DNA of 64,000 nucleotides from an uncultured Gammaproteobacteria bacterium (GTDB lineage Bacteria; Patescibacteriota; Microgenomatia; Levybacterales; UBA12049): NCBI GenBank assembly GCA_964521295.1, contig CAZFRF010000001.1, positions 334,146 to 398,145 of the forward strand, read 5' to 3'. Shown piece by piece: positions 1 to 8,231 of this stretch (position 1 is its first letter; each line of letters starts with the position of its first letter). The notes under the pieces were generated by a model. It saw only the letters and a program-made list of their open reading frames with translations, ran no database searches and was not told where the DNA came from. The position numbers and the translations under genes were made by a program.

Positions 1-1096
1 TTCCAGTAAGTAAAACCAAATCTCCTTTTTTAGCCATTTGAATAGCTGCGATTATTGCTTGTTTTCTGTCTGGAATTTTAATAACTTCTGCTTTAGTATT
101 TTCAATACCGCCTGCAATCTCTTCAGTAATTTTACTCACATCTTCTCCTCTTGGATCTTCAGCGGTTAAGACTATAATATCTGCAAAGCTTGCAGAAATT
201 TCTCCCATATAGGGTCTTTTATTTACATCTCTTTCACCTGCAGATCCAAATACATGAATTATTCTCCCTTTAACTAAAGGCCTTAAGCTTTTTAAAAGTT
301 GCTCAAACGCATTTGGCGTATGAGCAAAATCAATCATTACATTAAATTCACCTTTATATATAAAATCAAGTCGTCCCTTGGGAAGCTCAAAACTTTCTAA
401 GGCCTTAACGATATCCTGATCATCAATTCCTAATTTTCTACACGCAGCAACAGCAGCTAAGATATTATATTTATTAAAATCGCCAATCATTTTTGTATCT
501 GGAATTTTAAACACAATTGGATTAATTTCTGCGGTTTCAGATAAACCATAGCTAATCCAATTTCTTGAATCTTTATTTGATTTAGCATTAATTAACATTT
601 CATATGCCTTGTCATCCTTATTAACAATATTTATTTCCGAATTAATTAAAAGCTTTTCTTTAGTTTTTAAATAATTGTCATATGTCTTATGGTAATCTAG
701 ATGCTCTGAGGTAACATTAGTTAAAACTGCAATCTTAAAGTTAATACCGGCAATACGATTTTGATCAATAGCATGAGAGGTAGTTTCTAAAATAAAATAT
801 TCACATTTTGCTTTTACAGCTTTTCTTAAAATCTTTTGAGTTAAATATGCACCCGGTGTAGTGACGTGGAATCCTATTGGATTTGTTTTATTGGAAATAA
901 CAGATCCAAGGCTTGAAATCATCCCAACCTTTTTGCCTGATTCCTTAAGAATATGATAGATAAGATTAACGGTTGTTGTTTTACCATCTGTACCCGTTAC
1001 CCCAACAATTATTAATTTCCTCGATGGAAAAAGAAACATTAAATTTGCCAAATATGCGCTAATTAAATGGTAAACATTCTTGAGCTTTCGCCACAT
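1..1096 (-). CDS. murE: Mur ligase, MurE-like (UDP-MurNAc-tripeptide synthetase); partial, C-terminus runs off the window start
   Basis: Manual minus-strand translation from ATG 1096..1094: MWRKLKNVYHL...IIVGVTGTDGKTTT (P-loop), IGFHVTTP, LTNVTSEHLDYH, C-terminal KKGDLVLLTG. No stop down to position 1. The P-loop is about 30 aa from the start, so the usual N-terminal domain is absent. Confidence 0.6.
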   Translation of the reverse strand, partial: MWRKLKNVYHLISAYLANLMFLFPSRKLIIVGVTGTDGKTTTVNLIYHILKESGKKVGMISSLGSVISNKTNPIGFHVTTPGAYLTQKILRKAVKAKCEYFILETTSHAIDQNRIAGINFKIAVLTNVTSEHLDYHKTYDNYLKTKEKLLINSEINIVNKDDKAYEMLINAKSNKDSRNWISYGLSETAEINPIVFKIPDTKMIGDFNKYNILAAVAACRKLGIDDQDIVKALESFELPKGRLDFIYKGEFNVMIDFAHTPNAFEQLLKSLRPLVKGRIIHVFGSAGERDVNKRPYMGEISASFADIIVLTAEDPRGEDVSKITEEIAGGIENTKAEVIKIPDRKQAIIAAIQMAKKGDLVLLTG

Positions 1097-1103
1097 AGTC
1101 GTA

Positions 1104-1454
1104 TTATACCTTCTTTATCAAAAAGCTACTAGTTTTATATAATAACCTTATGCTAATAAATATCTCTACTAAAAAAACCGCAAATATCCCAATTCGTAAA
1201 TTAAATGAACTTGAAAAATTAGTTGGGATGATTAAATTTAAAAATTGTGGTATTTTTTTTACTACTCGCTTTGGCATCCATTCTTTTTTTCTTAAAGAGA
1301 CAATTGAAGTAATAATTTTAGATAAAAATAACCAGGTAAAATTGATTAAACTTTTAAAACCAAATCGGATCTTTATCTGGAATCCTGTTTTTACAAAAGT
1401 ACTAGAACTTCCCAAAGGAAGTATTGAAACTTTAAATTTAAACTTGGGCAACAT
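1104..1454 (-). CDS. hypothetical small Lys/Phe-rich protein (116 aa), possibly membrane-associated
   Basis: ORF packed tightly between the murF-like stop (1467) and the murE start (1096) on the same strand. The protein is low complexity and has no recognisable motif. It could instead be non-coding spacer. Confidence 0.25.
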   Translation of the reverse strand: MLPKFKFKVSILPLGSSSTFVKTGFQIKIRFGFKSLINFTWLFLSKIITSIVSLRKKEWMPKRVVKKIPQFLNLIIPTNFSSSFNLRIGIFAVFLVEIFISIRLLYKTSSFLIKKV

Positions 1455-1466
1455 TATAAAATATAA

Positions 1467-2807
1467 TTAAAGCGATTTTGCTCTTAATTTATCCCAGAAT
1501 TCACCACGCCTACAAAGCTTAGCCGCATCGGTCGCATCCTTAAGCAACATTTCGACTACTCTTTCTAAATACAAAGTGTTTTGTGAACCCTTAACTAAAA
1601 TCATATCTTTTGGTTGAATTAAATCATAAATTTTTTCTTTTGCCTGAGTATAGTTAGCAAATGACAAGACATTAAATTTTTCATTTTTTAAAATCGGTTC
1701 AATGTACTTTTGCGATAAAGGACCAATTAAAATTACAAAGTCCAAAGTTTCCAGAATTTTCTTTGCTACTTCCTCATGGACAATTCTACTCATTGTACCC
1801 AACTCCCTCATGTCTCCAATGATTCCCACTCTTCTTCTTGCTTTACCAACATCTTTAATAAAATCAAGTAAATCTAAAATGGGAGTCAATGTTGCATTAT
1901 TATATGAAGAATCAATTAAAATCGTATCTTTAACACCTTTAAAAACTGTCATTCTACCTGCAGGTAATGAGAAATTTTCTTCTAGCGCCTTTATGCATTT
2001 ATCAATATCTAAAATTTTTACAGATGCTGATGCAATAGCGAGCATAAAAGAGTAAGCAAAGTGTATTGGCAATGGGTTATCAATATTAATCTGATAATCT
2101 TGATTTTGATATCTAAAATCAACAACAAATTTGTCTACAAAATTTTGCACTTTTACAATATAAAAATCAGCACCCTTATCTTTTGCAGACACTGTTAACT
2201 TAATGGCTTTGACTTGAGATTGCAAGGTTTTAATATTTTCATCATCTAAATTAATAATCGCGTAATCTTTTGTGCCCTGTGAGGTCAGGAGTAAGCCTTC
2301 TTGTTTTTTTGTTAAATTTAAAATATCTTCCTCTCTGTGTTTACCATTTTCTCCCAATACTAATGGGTCAAAATATTGACTATGCTCAAATCCAATATTG
2401 GTTAATACTGCTAAGTTAGGCTTAATTATTTTAAGCAAATAGCTCATATTCTTTGGCTCCAAAGGTCCATCTATGCCCATTTCTACAACATAAATTGAAT
2501 ACTTTTTCCAGTCAAATACAACTCTTAGAGGCGCTAAAGCAAATATCTTTAACCAATCTCTTTTGGTGTAGTTTTTATTTACTAGGTTTAAAATATCTAA
2601 GGGAATACCAGTTTCGCTATTTTTGCCCTTGCTTTGTTTTACAGTCTGGCTAGACTGCAAAATTAAATAAATAAAATTAGACAAAGATGTCTTGCCACTT
2701 GCTCCACCGACACCTACTATAAAAGGGTTAATTTTTTTAAGCTGAAGCCTTGCAAAAAACCTCAAATAACCTAAAAAAAACTTAACAGCCAATTGCCTTA
2801 AATTCAT
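1467..2807 (-). CDS. Mur ligase family protein, MurF-like (UDP-MurNAc-pentapeptide synthetase-like)
   Basis: 446 aa. Has a GGASGKTS P-loop (MurF-type GKTS), an LTNIGFEHSQYF motif (cf. MurF NIGxAHLE), and lies in the dcw cluster directly after ftsI. The P-loop is at about residue 33, so the N-terminal domain is missing. Confidence 0.55.
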   Translation of the reverse strand: MNLRQLAVKFFLGYLRFFARLQLKKINPFIVGVGGASGKTSLSNFIYLILQSSQTVKQSKGKNSETGIPLDILNLVNKNYTKRDWLKIFALAPLRVVFDWKKYSIYVVEMGIDGPLEPKNMSYLLKIIKPNLAVLTNIGFEHSQYFDPLVLGENGKHREEDILNLTKKQEGLLLTSQGTKDYAIINLDDENIKTLQSQVKAIKLTVSAKDKGADFYIVKVQNFVDKFVVDFRYQNQDYQINIDNPLPIHFAYSFMLAIASASVKILDIDKCIKALEENFSLPAGRMTVFKGVKDTILIDSSYNNATLTPILDLLDFIKDVGKARRRVGIIGDMRELGTMSRIVHEEVAKKILETLDFVILIGPLSQKYIEPILKNEKFNVLSFANYTQAKEKIYDLIQPKDMILVKGSQNTLYLERVVEMLLKDATDAAKLCRRGEFWDKLRAKSL

Positions 2808-2821
2808 ACTCTTATTATACC

Positions 2822-4510
2822 TTATTGCTCTATTTCAGTAGGCGGAACTTGATAGTAATTTAAAACCGCCCTAGCAATGTCAAAAAATGTAGGCGCTGCT
2901 GTTTCTGCTCCATAAATAGATGTTGTGGGTCTATTATAAATAACAATCATGACAAATTTGGGATTAACTGAAGGTGCAAAACCGACAAATGAAGCAATCG
3001 TTTGATTAGGATCATAATGACCAGCAATTGGAATAGATGCAGTACCGGTTTTACCCGCAATTCTGTATCCCTTAACGCGAGCAAAAGATGCTTCACCTTT
3101 ATTTACAGCGTTTACCATAATCTCAGCCATAACCCTAGCAGTATTTGGACTAATTGCTCGATCTAATTCTTTAGGTTTAATATTTACCCTATTCCCATCT
3201 GAATTAATAATTGTTGTAACTACATGCGGTTCCATTCTTTTTCCATCATTAGCAATTGCTCCAATCGCAGAAAGAATTTGCAAAGGAGTTACAGATATAC
3301 CTTGTCCAAATCCAGTTGTTGCTAAATCAACTGGATACCAATACGCAGGGGGCTTAAGAGGCGCTGAAACCTCTCCCTGCAAATCTATTCCAGTATTGCT
3401 ACCGATACCAAACTTATTTAAAGAACTAATCATTCCATTAACTCCTAATTTTTGAGCAACAAAGACCATACCTGTATTATCTGAATGCTGAATTGTTTCA
3501 ATCATGTTTATGTTTTTAATGTATTCATCATTCCACGTATGAATATCGTATCCTCCAATAGCAACGGGTCCTGCACAAATATCACATTGAGTCTTAGGAG
3601 TAACTAACCTTCCATCTAATGCTGCTGACATGACTAAAGGCTTAAAGGTTGAACCCGGTTCATACAAATCTGAAACAAAAGGATTTTTATACAATTCATC
3701 TGAGTATTCCCAATATTCCCTTTGATCGAAAGAGGGGTAATTTGCTAATGCCAAAATATTACCAGTTTTAGGATCCATAATACCTACCATTCCCGATGTT
3801 GCACCAAATTTTTCAACACCTTCTTTGATCTTTTTTTCGACAAGATATTGAATTGATCTATCAATAGAGAGCACCAGACTTGATCCGTCAATCTGGCCAG
3901 AAGTGGCACTCATCTTTGCTAAAATTGGTCTTCCAAAAGCATCGTTAACTGAAACAGCTACTCCTTCTACGCCCTTTAACAATCGATTGTAGTAACCCTC
4001 TAAGCCAAAATAGCCCTTATCATTGCCCTCATCATCTTTTCCCACAAAACCAAGCAGAGTTGCTGCCATAGAAGCTTCCGGATAGAATCGAGAATATTTT
4101 TCGGAAAAACCAATTCCTTTTAAACCAAGTTCTTCAATTTTTTTCTTAGTATCAACATCGACATCATTTTTAATTGGAACCCAAACTCGATCAAGACTTA
4201 AACTACCGCTTATAGAAGCTGAATCAACTGACAAAAGCGTTCCCAGCAGTTGAGAAACTTGCTCTTTATTTTTAACCTCCTTAGGATTTGCAAATATCTG
4301 ATACGAAATTTTATTTGTAGCTATGGGGAAATCATCAGATGTTCTTATTTCGCCTCTTTTGGGAAAAAGTTTAATTGCGTTACCGTATTGAAGTTGTCCT
4401 AAGCTCGATAACTCACTAGCTTTAACAATTTGCCAATAGAAAAGCCTACTAACAACAAGTAAAAAGCCAAAAATAATAATTAACAAACAAACCTTATATC
4501 TCCAAATCAT
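2822..4510 (-). CDS. ftsI: class B penicillin-binding protein / peptidoglycan D,D-transpeptidase (FtsI-like)
   Basis: 562 aa with an N-terminal TM helix. Carries the transpeptidase motifs GSTFKP (SxxK), HSDNTG (SxN) and AGKTGTA (KTG). Located after the ftsL-like gene in the dcw cluster. Confidence 0.85.
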   Translation of the reverse strand: MIWRYKVCLLIIIFGFLLVVSRLFYWQIVKASELSSLGQLQYGNAIKLFPKRGEIRTSDDFPIATNKISYQIFANPKEVKNKEQVSQLLGTLLSVDSASISGSLSLDRVWVPIKNDVDVDTKKKIEELGLKGIGFSEKYSRFYPEASMAATLLGFVGKDDEGNDKGYFGLEGYYNRLLKGVEGVAVSVNDAFGRPILAKMSATSGQIDGSSLVLSIDRSIQYLVEKKIKEGVEKFGATSGMVGIMDPKTGNILALANYPSFDQREYWEYSDELYKNPFVSDLYEPGSTFKPLVMSAALDGRLVTPKTQCDICAGPVAIGGYDIHTWNDEYIKNINMIETIQHSDNTGMVFVAQKLGVNGMISSLNKFGIGSNTGIDLQGEVSAPLKPPAYWYPVDLATTGFGQGISVTPLQILSAIGAIANDGKRMEPHVVTTIINSDGNRVNIKPKELDRAISPNTARVMAEIMVNAVNKGEASFARVKGYRIAGKTGTASIPIAGHYDPNQTIASFVGFAPSVNPKFVMIVIYNRPTTSIYGAETAAPTFFDIARAVLNYYQVPPTEIEQ

Positions 4511-4791
4511 GGTTTGGCAGCAATTGGTAGCTTTGAGCTTATCACATATGAAGTCTTTCCATCAACATATCCCATGGTAGAGGCTTTTTTCTCGATATTA
4601 GTAAGAGAAGCTTCTTCGTAAACTTTTTGAGCTAAAATTGCATTCTCAGTTTCTAATTTTGCCAATTCTTCTTCTGTATCTCCAAGCATTACTCCTGAGG
4701 TAGCAATATTATTGGACACTAAAGTTTTGACAACAGATAAAACAATTACTACAATTACCAAAACTAATATCAATAGGGCAGATTTTTTCAT
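4507..4791 (-). CDS. FtsL/DivIC-like septum formation protein
   Basis: 94 aa with a single N-terminal TM helix followed by a coiled-coil-like LAKLETENAILAQKVYEE segment. Sits between rsmH and ftsI, and its stop/start overlaps ftsI. Confidence 0.5.
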   Translation of the reverse strand: MKKSALLILVLVIVVIVLSVVKTLVSNNIATSGVMLGDTEEELAKLETENAILAQKVYEEASLTNIEKKASTMGYVDGKTSYVISSKLPIAAKP

Positions 4792-4792
4792 A

Positions 4793-5686
4793 TTAATTTT
4801 TTTCTATAACTCTTAAAATTGCGCTTTTAGCTCGAGAATTAGAATTTGATTCTTCTTCACTTGCTTTAATAATTTCTTTATTTATCATTTTCCCCATATT
4901 ATTTTTTTCTAAATTTAGAAAAAATTCTTTAACTATTTTGTCCTCTTTGGAATGAAAGCTAATTACTGCTATTCTTCCTTTAGACTCTAAGAGATCAAAA
5001 GCTTTTGGTAAAACCTCTTCCAAGCTTGCCAACTCATCATTAACAGCAATTCTTAATGCTTGGAATACTTTTTGACTGATTTTATTTTTTGTAAAATCAG
5101 TTATTTCACCTTTTATTCCCAATGCTTTTGCAATAACTTCAGTCAGCTCCCCAGTTGTCTTAATTGCCTTTGTCTTTCTATGCTCTAGAATTGTTTTGGC
5201 GATTACTCTTGAATTTATTTCTCCCTGACTAAAAAATAAATCTGCTAATTCATCTTTTCCTAGCAAATTTACCAAATAATCAGCTGTTACTGGACTTTCT
5301 TTATCCATTCTCATGTCTAAAGGTCCATCCTTTAAGAAACTAAAACCGCGATTGCCTGAATCTATTTGATGAGATGAAACTCCTAGGTCAAATAAGATTC
5401 CTGAAACCCTATCGAATCCATTAGCATTTGCGATTTTATCTAGCTGTCTAAAGTTTCCCTTAGCTAAAACCATTTGGTCTTTATACTCGCTTTTCTCTAG
5501 TTTTTGTTTTACGTAATTTAATGCGTCTTGATCCTGATCAATTCCTAATACTCTTCCCCCGTTTTGCATAATTGCAAAAGTATGGCCTCCACCTCCTAGA
5601 GTAGCGTCAATATATAGTCCTCCTGGCTTTATTTGTAAAAGATCAATTACTTGCCTAAGTAATACTGATACATGATAGTTATCCAT
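4793..5686 (-). CDS. rsmH: 16S rRNA (cytosine1402-N4)-methyltransferase RsmH (MraW)
   Basis: N-terminus MDNYHVSVLL matches the canonical RsmH start. Follows mraZ. The ORF track extends to 5707, which overlaps mraZ by 29 nt; the internal ATG at 5686 is the likelier start. Confidence 0.85.
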   Translation of the reverse strand: MDNYHVSVLLRQVIDLLQIKPGGLYIDATLGGGGHTFAIMQNGGRVLGIDQDQDALNYVKQKLEKSEYKDQMVLAKGNFRQLDKIANANGFDRVSGILFDLGVSSHQIDSGNRGFSFLKDGPLDMRMDKESPVTADYLVNLLGKDELADLFFSQGEINSRVIAKTILEHRKTKAIKTTGELTEVIAKALGIKGEITDFTKNKISQKVFQALRIAVNDELASLEEVLPKAFDLLESKGRIAVISFHSKEDKIVKEFFLNLEKNNMGKMINKEIIKASEEESNSNSRAKSAILRVIEKN

Positions 5687-6119
5687 TTTTCTCGCCTTCC
5701 TGGGCAAGTCTTTGCGAAATTACGTCAATTCTTTTCGCTAAACCTTTTTGATACTCTTCCCAAATCTCTTTATCCCAAATTTCAACGTAACGGGATAAAC
5801 CTACGAATACGATTGCATCTTTAATTTGTCCAAATTGTCTAAGATAGTCTGGTAATATAAACCTGCCCTTAGAGTCGAGCTCAATGTCTGATGCTCCTCC
5901 AAGTAGGAAACGTTGAGTTTCCCTTGTCTCGGATTGAATAAAAGGCTTACCCTCTGTTCCTTCCAAGAGCGCTTTCCAGTTTTTTTCTGATACAACGATG
6001 AGTGAGTTCTCATATCCTTTGGTAACAATTAACTTATCTCCAAGAATTTCTCTAAATTTCTTAGGTAATGCACTTCTTCCTTTTTGATCAACTTTTGTTT
6101 CATGCTGTCCAATTAACAT
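5679..6119 (-). CDS. mraZ: transcriptional regulator MraZ
   Basis: MLIGQHETKVDQKGRSALPKKFRE plus a second DSKGRFILP half (the duplicated MraZ DxxxR motif). The true start is the internal ATG at 6119, preceded by GGAGGCGGGAG (SD). The 40-aa extension in the ORF track covers the promoter/operator. Confidence 0.85.
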   Translation of the reverse strand: MLIGQHETKVDQKGRSALPKKFREILGDKLIVTKGYENSLIVVSEKNWKALLEGTEGKPFIQSETRETQRFLLGGASDIELDSKGRFILPDYLRQFGQIKDAIVFVGLSRYVEIWDKEIWEEYQKGLAKRIDVISQRLAQEGEKNG

Positions 6120-6130
6120 CTCCCGCCTCC

Positions 6131-6160
6131 TTTTCCCACTATTTCCCCTTTTTTCCCACT
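6131..6160 (-). promoter_or_regulatory. putative MraZ operator: three direct repeats (GTGGG / AGGGG / GTGGG) at exact 10-bp spacing, directly upstream of the mraZ SD
   Basis: Plus-strand CCCAC at 6135-6139, CCCCT at 6145-6149 and CCCAC at 6155-6159. On the minus strand this reads AGTGGGAAAA-AGGGGAAATA-GTGGGAAAAG. E. coli and Bacillus MraZ bind TGGGN-type direct repeats in the mra promoter region. Confidence 0.5.
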
Positions 6161-6167
6161 TTATATC

Positions 6168-6196
6168 ATTTTGAGCCAGTTTGAGATGTATGTCAA
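6168..6196 (-). promoter_or_regulatory. putative sigma70-type promoter for the mraZ operon (-35 TTGACA, 17-nt spacer, -10 CAAAAT)
   Basis: A perfect TTGACA is the reverse complement of 6191-6196. A weak -10 (CAAAAT) is the reverse complement of 6168-6173. The spacer is 17 nt. The repeats fall in the leader downstream. Confidence 0.3.
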
Positions 6197-6263
6197 TAGG
6201 TATTTGCAGGGGTTTAGTGTATAAAAAAGAAAAAATCACTACATTTAGTGAAATGAGTAAAAT

Positions 6264-6923
6264 TTATCTTTCTTTTCTTACAAATGGGCAAGAGGTGATC
6301 ATTGCCTCTTTACATCTTTGTGCCCAAGGAGCAAGCTCGGAAACAGCTTGAATCTCTTGTAATAAAACTCTTCTATCTTCTTGCTGTTCACTAGTTCTGT
6401 ACCTAAAGGGAGCATTACCATCGATAACCTGATCGATTAAAGGCTGAGTTGCTGAAACTCTTAATCTCTCTAATGGAACAGGATTTTGAATCAAAACTTC
6501 AGGCAAAGAAAAATCTTGACCCCCTCTTAATCTTTCGAGGTAACTATCAAGAGATAGTCCATGAGACAAATATGCAAAATCTCCATCCTCACGCGCTTTA
6601 CTATCATAAGCACAGTATGTATTGGTAAATAAAATATAGGCGTAATCATACACCCTAATTCTATCCGTAGGAGCCACTTCTACCTCTAACAACATTTGCC
6701 CAATACCTGAATCCAAACTAATTAAATCACTCCAAGCATCGGGATAATCTTTATTAAGTCTCCAACTAGCAGGTAAGGGATCTGTTAGGGTAAACACTGA
6801 ATAAGGAGAGTTTCCCGATTCGGTTGGCATACTTTTTGGCACTAAACCTTTAAATCCCTGCTCGCCAGTTCCTTGACTAATATGTTTCCACAAATTTGGC
6901 CTTGTATAATGATATAAAATCAT
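6264..6923 (-). CDS. hypothetical protein (219 aa), Arg/Gly/Pro-rich; possible ART-fold (DarT-like) enzyme
   Basis: N-terminus MILYHYTRPNLWKHI resembles the DarT/DUF4433 YH[IF]TH..NL start. PEVLIQNPVPLE resembles the DarT catalytic AEFLVHRFFPWE segment. Weak, motif-level similarity only. Confidence 0.4.
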   Translation of the reverse strand: MILYHYTRPNLWKHISQGTGEQGFKGLVPKSMPTESGNSPYSVFTLTDPLPASWRLNKDYPDAWSDLISLDSGIGQMLLEVEVAPTDRIRVYDYAYILFTNTYCAYDSKAREDGDFAYLSHGLSLDSYLERLRGGQDFSLPEVLIQNPVPLERLRVSATQPLIDQVIDGNAPFRYRTSEQQEDRRVLLQEIQAVSELAPWAQRCKEAMITSCPFVRKER

Positions 6924-6961
6924 AAGAAGATATTATACTATGAGATTAATTTAAATGCTAC

Positions 6962-7435
6962 TTAGAGGCTAGGTAGATCAACAGTTGAGGAGTAAACACT
7001 GCCATCTTCTTTGGTTATTTTCAAAACAATTTTTACATCTTTAACATCTGTATCGTAGTGACAAACATCCGAACATGTACCAAGTTTAATTTCTTTTGTG
7101 GCAGGAGCCTTCTTTAGGTCTAACATACCAATTACTCCTCTTGGTATATCGCCTTTAGCCAAATATGAAAGCTCATAATCAATTGAAGTAATACCTTCGA
7201 TTTTTTCCACTGTTAGGATAACAGTTTTTTTATCAGGACCTGCTTCTAAAGTTAATCCTAGATCCGCAGCTGCGATTGTTGGAATTGGTGCTTCAGATGG
7301 CAAAATATTATCGTTAACTTGCTGTGTTTTACTCGTATTTAATGTTTTTACTACAAAGAATCCTAATATAACTACAACTAAAACTAATACACCTAAAATC
7401 CCGAGGAGTTTTTTATTATTTAATAAGTTCGCCAT
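6962..7435 (-). CDS. membrane-anchored secreted protein (157 aa), unknown function
   Basis: Basic N-terminus followed by a TM helix (LLGILGVLVLVVVILGFFVV), then a Pro/Ala-rich linker and a beta-rich domain. Confidence 0.45.
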   Translation of the reverse strand: MANLLNNKKLLGILGVLVLVVVILGFFVVKTLNTSKTQQVNDNILPSEAPIPTIAAADLGLTLEAGPDKKTVILTVEKIEGITSIDYELSYLAKGDIPRGVIGMLDLKKAPATKEIKLGTCSDVCHYDTDVKDVKIVLKITKEDGSVYSSTVDLPSL

Positions 7436-7480
7436 GTATTTAAATTAGCATAAATAATTTAGCTTTCTTTGTCAAGTAAA

Positions 7481-8188
7481 TTATTTAGAGGTAACTTTGG
7501 CAGTAGATAAAAATCTTAATAGATGCTCTCCGTATTCAAAAATATCAGGTAACCCATACCCATAATGAGCCCCAGGATATTCATAAAGACCAAATCCAAA
7601 ACGTTGTTTTGCAAAATCTGAATGAGGTCTAAGAGTAGTTAAATCGTATCTTTGATCAATTGCTGCTCCTGTTTCTGAATCTGGAACCCTAAGCACTAAC
7701 TCACCACGAGAAAAAACTGTTGGATGTTTAAAATCTTCTTCAGTATCTCCTCTATAAACATTAATAGGTGTGTCTCTAAAATATAAACTAACTAGTGGAT
7801 TTAATGGATCAGGAAATACAACATCCATAAAAATAGGCGCCAAATGACCTCCTCTATAAACCTGCTCTCTTACAGTCATTTCTACTCTATGAGGACTTAA
7901 AGCGTCTACTGGGCCATGAATTACACCTTGGTATTCATGTTCAATCATAGACTCTACAATTGTATATCTTGGCTGCATATTACCCATAGATGGAGGCGCT
8001 ATTTCAGCTGTATTAACACCTACTAAAGTAAGACTTGCTCTATTTTTATTACCCCATTCTCTTAAACCCAAGAAAACATTTCCGCCTCTTAAACGGGCTT
8101 CGTGGTGCAAAGCAGAATCCTCTGTCCCACGCGATTGAGAAGCTGCAATTCTTTTGGCTAAACCAGGAGTATATCTTTCAAGTTTCAT
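7481..8188 (-). CDS. hypothetical protein (235 aa), His/Tyr/Gly/Arg-rich, unknown function
   Basis: Long ORF with complex, non-membrane composition. No motif I can assign. Its own promoter-like element lies upstream. Confidence 0.45.
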   Translation of the reverse strand: MKLERYTPGLAKRIAASQSRGTEDSALHHEARLRGGNVFLGLREWGNKNRASLTLVGVNTAEIAPPSMGNMQPRYTIVESMIEHEYQGVIHGPVDALSPHRVEMTVREQVYRGGHLAPIFMDVVFPDPLNPLVSLYFRDTPINVYRGDTEEDFKHPTVFSRGELVLRVPDSETGAAIDQRYDLTTLRPHSDFAKQRFGFGLYEYPGAHYGYGLPDIFEYGEHLLRFLSTAKVTSK

Positions 8189-8224
8189 GAATGTATTATA
8201 CCAAAAAAACTATTATAGGATCAA
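8189..8224 (-). promoter_or_regulatory. putative leaderless promoter: -35 TTGATC, 18-nt spacer, extended -10 TGGTATAAT, 6 nt to the ATG
   Basis: Reverse complement of 8195-8203 is TGGTATAAT. Reverse complement of 8219-8224 is TTGATC. The ATG is at 8188. Confidence 0.4.
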
Positions 8225-8231
8225 TTTATAG

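Noticed and set aside
1150-1470. Plus-strand 106-aa ORF in the murF/murE spacer
   Set aside because: It is antisense to a tightly packed minus-strand operon and has a low-complexity K/I/F-rich product with no motif. The co-directional minus-strand ORF 1104..1454 is a more plausible coding call, if either is real.
5679-6239. 186-aa MraZ ORF as given in the track
   Set aside because: The first 40 codons cover the promoter and the operator-like repeats, and they precede a strong GGAGG SD placed correctly for the internal ATG at 6119. The MraZ family start (MLIGQHETKVDQKGR) is at that internal Met.
6264-8188. Horizontally acquired GC island
   Set aside because: Hand-estimated GC (about 40%) is similar to other soluble housekeeping genes here (glyQS, ftsI). 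The very low GC elsewhere is driven by Ile/Phe/Lys/Asn-rich membrane proteins. The composition difference is in amino-acid usage, not a clear nucleotide island.
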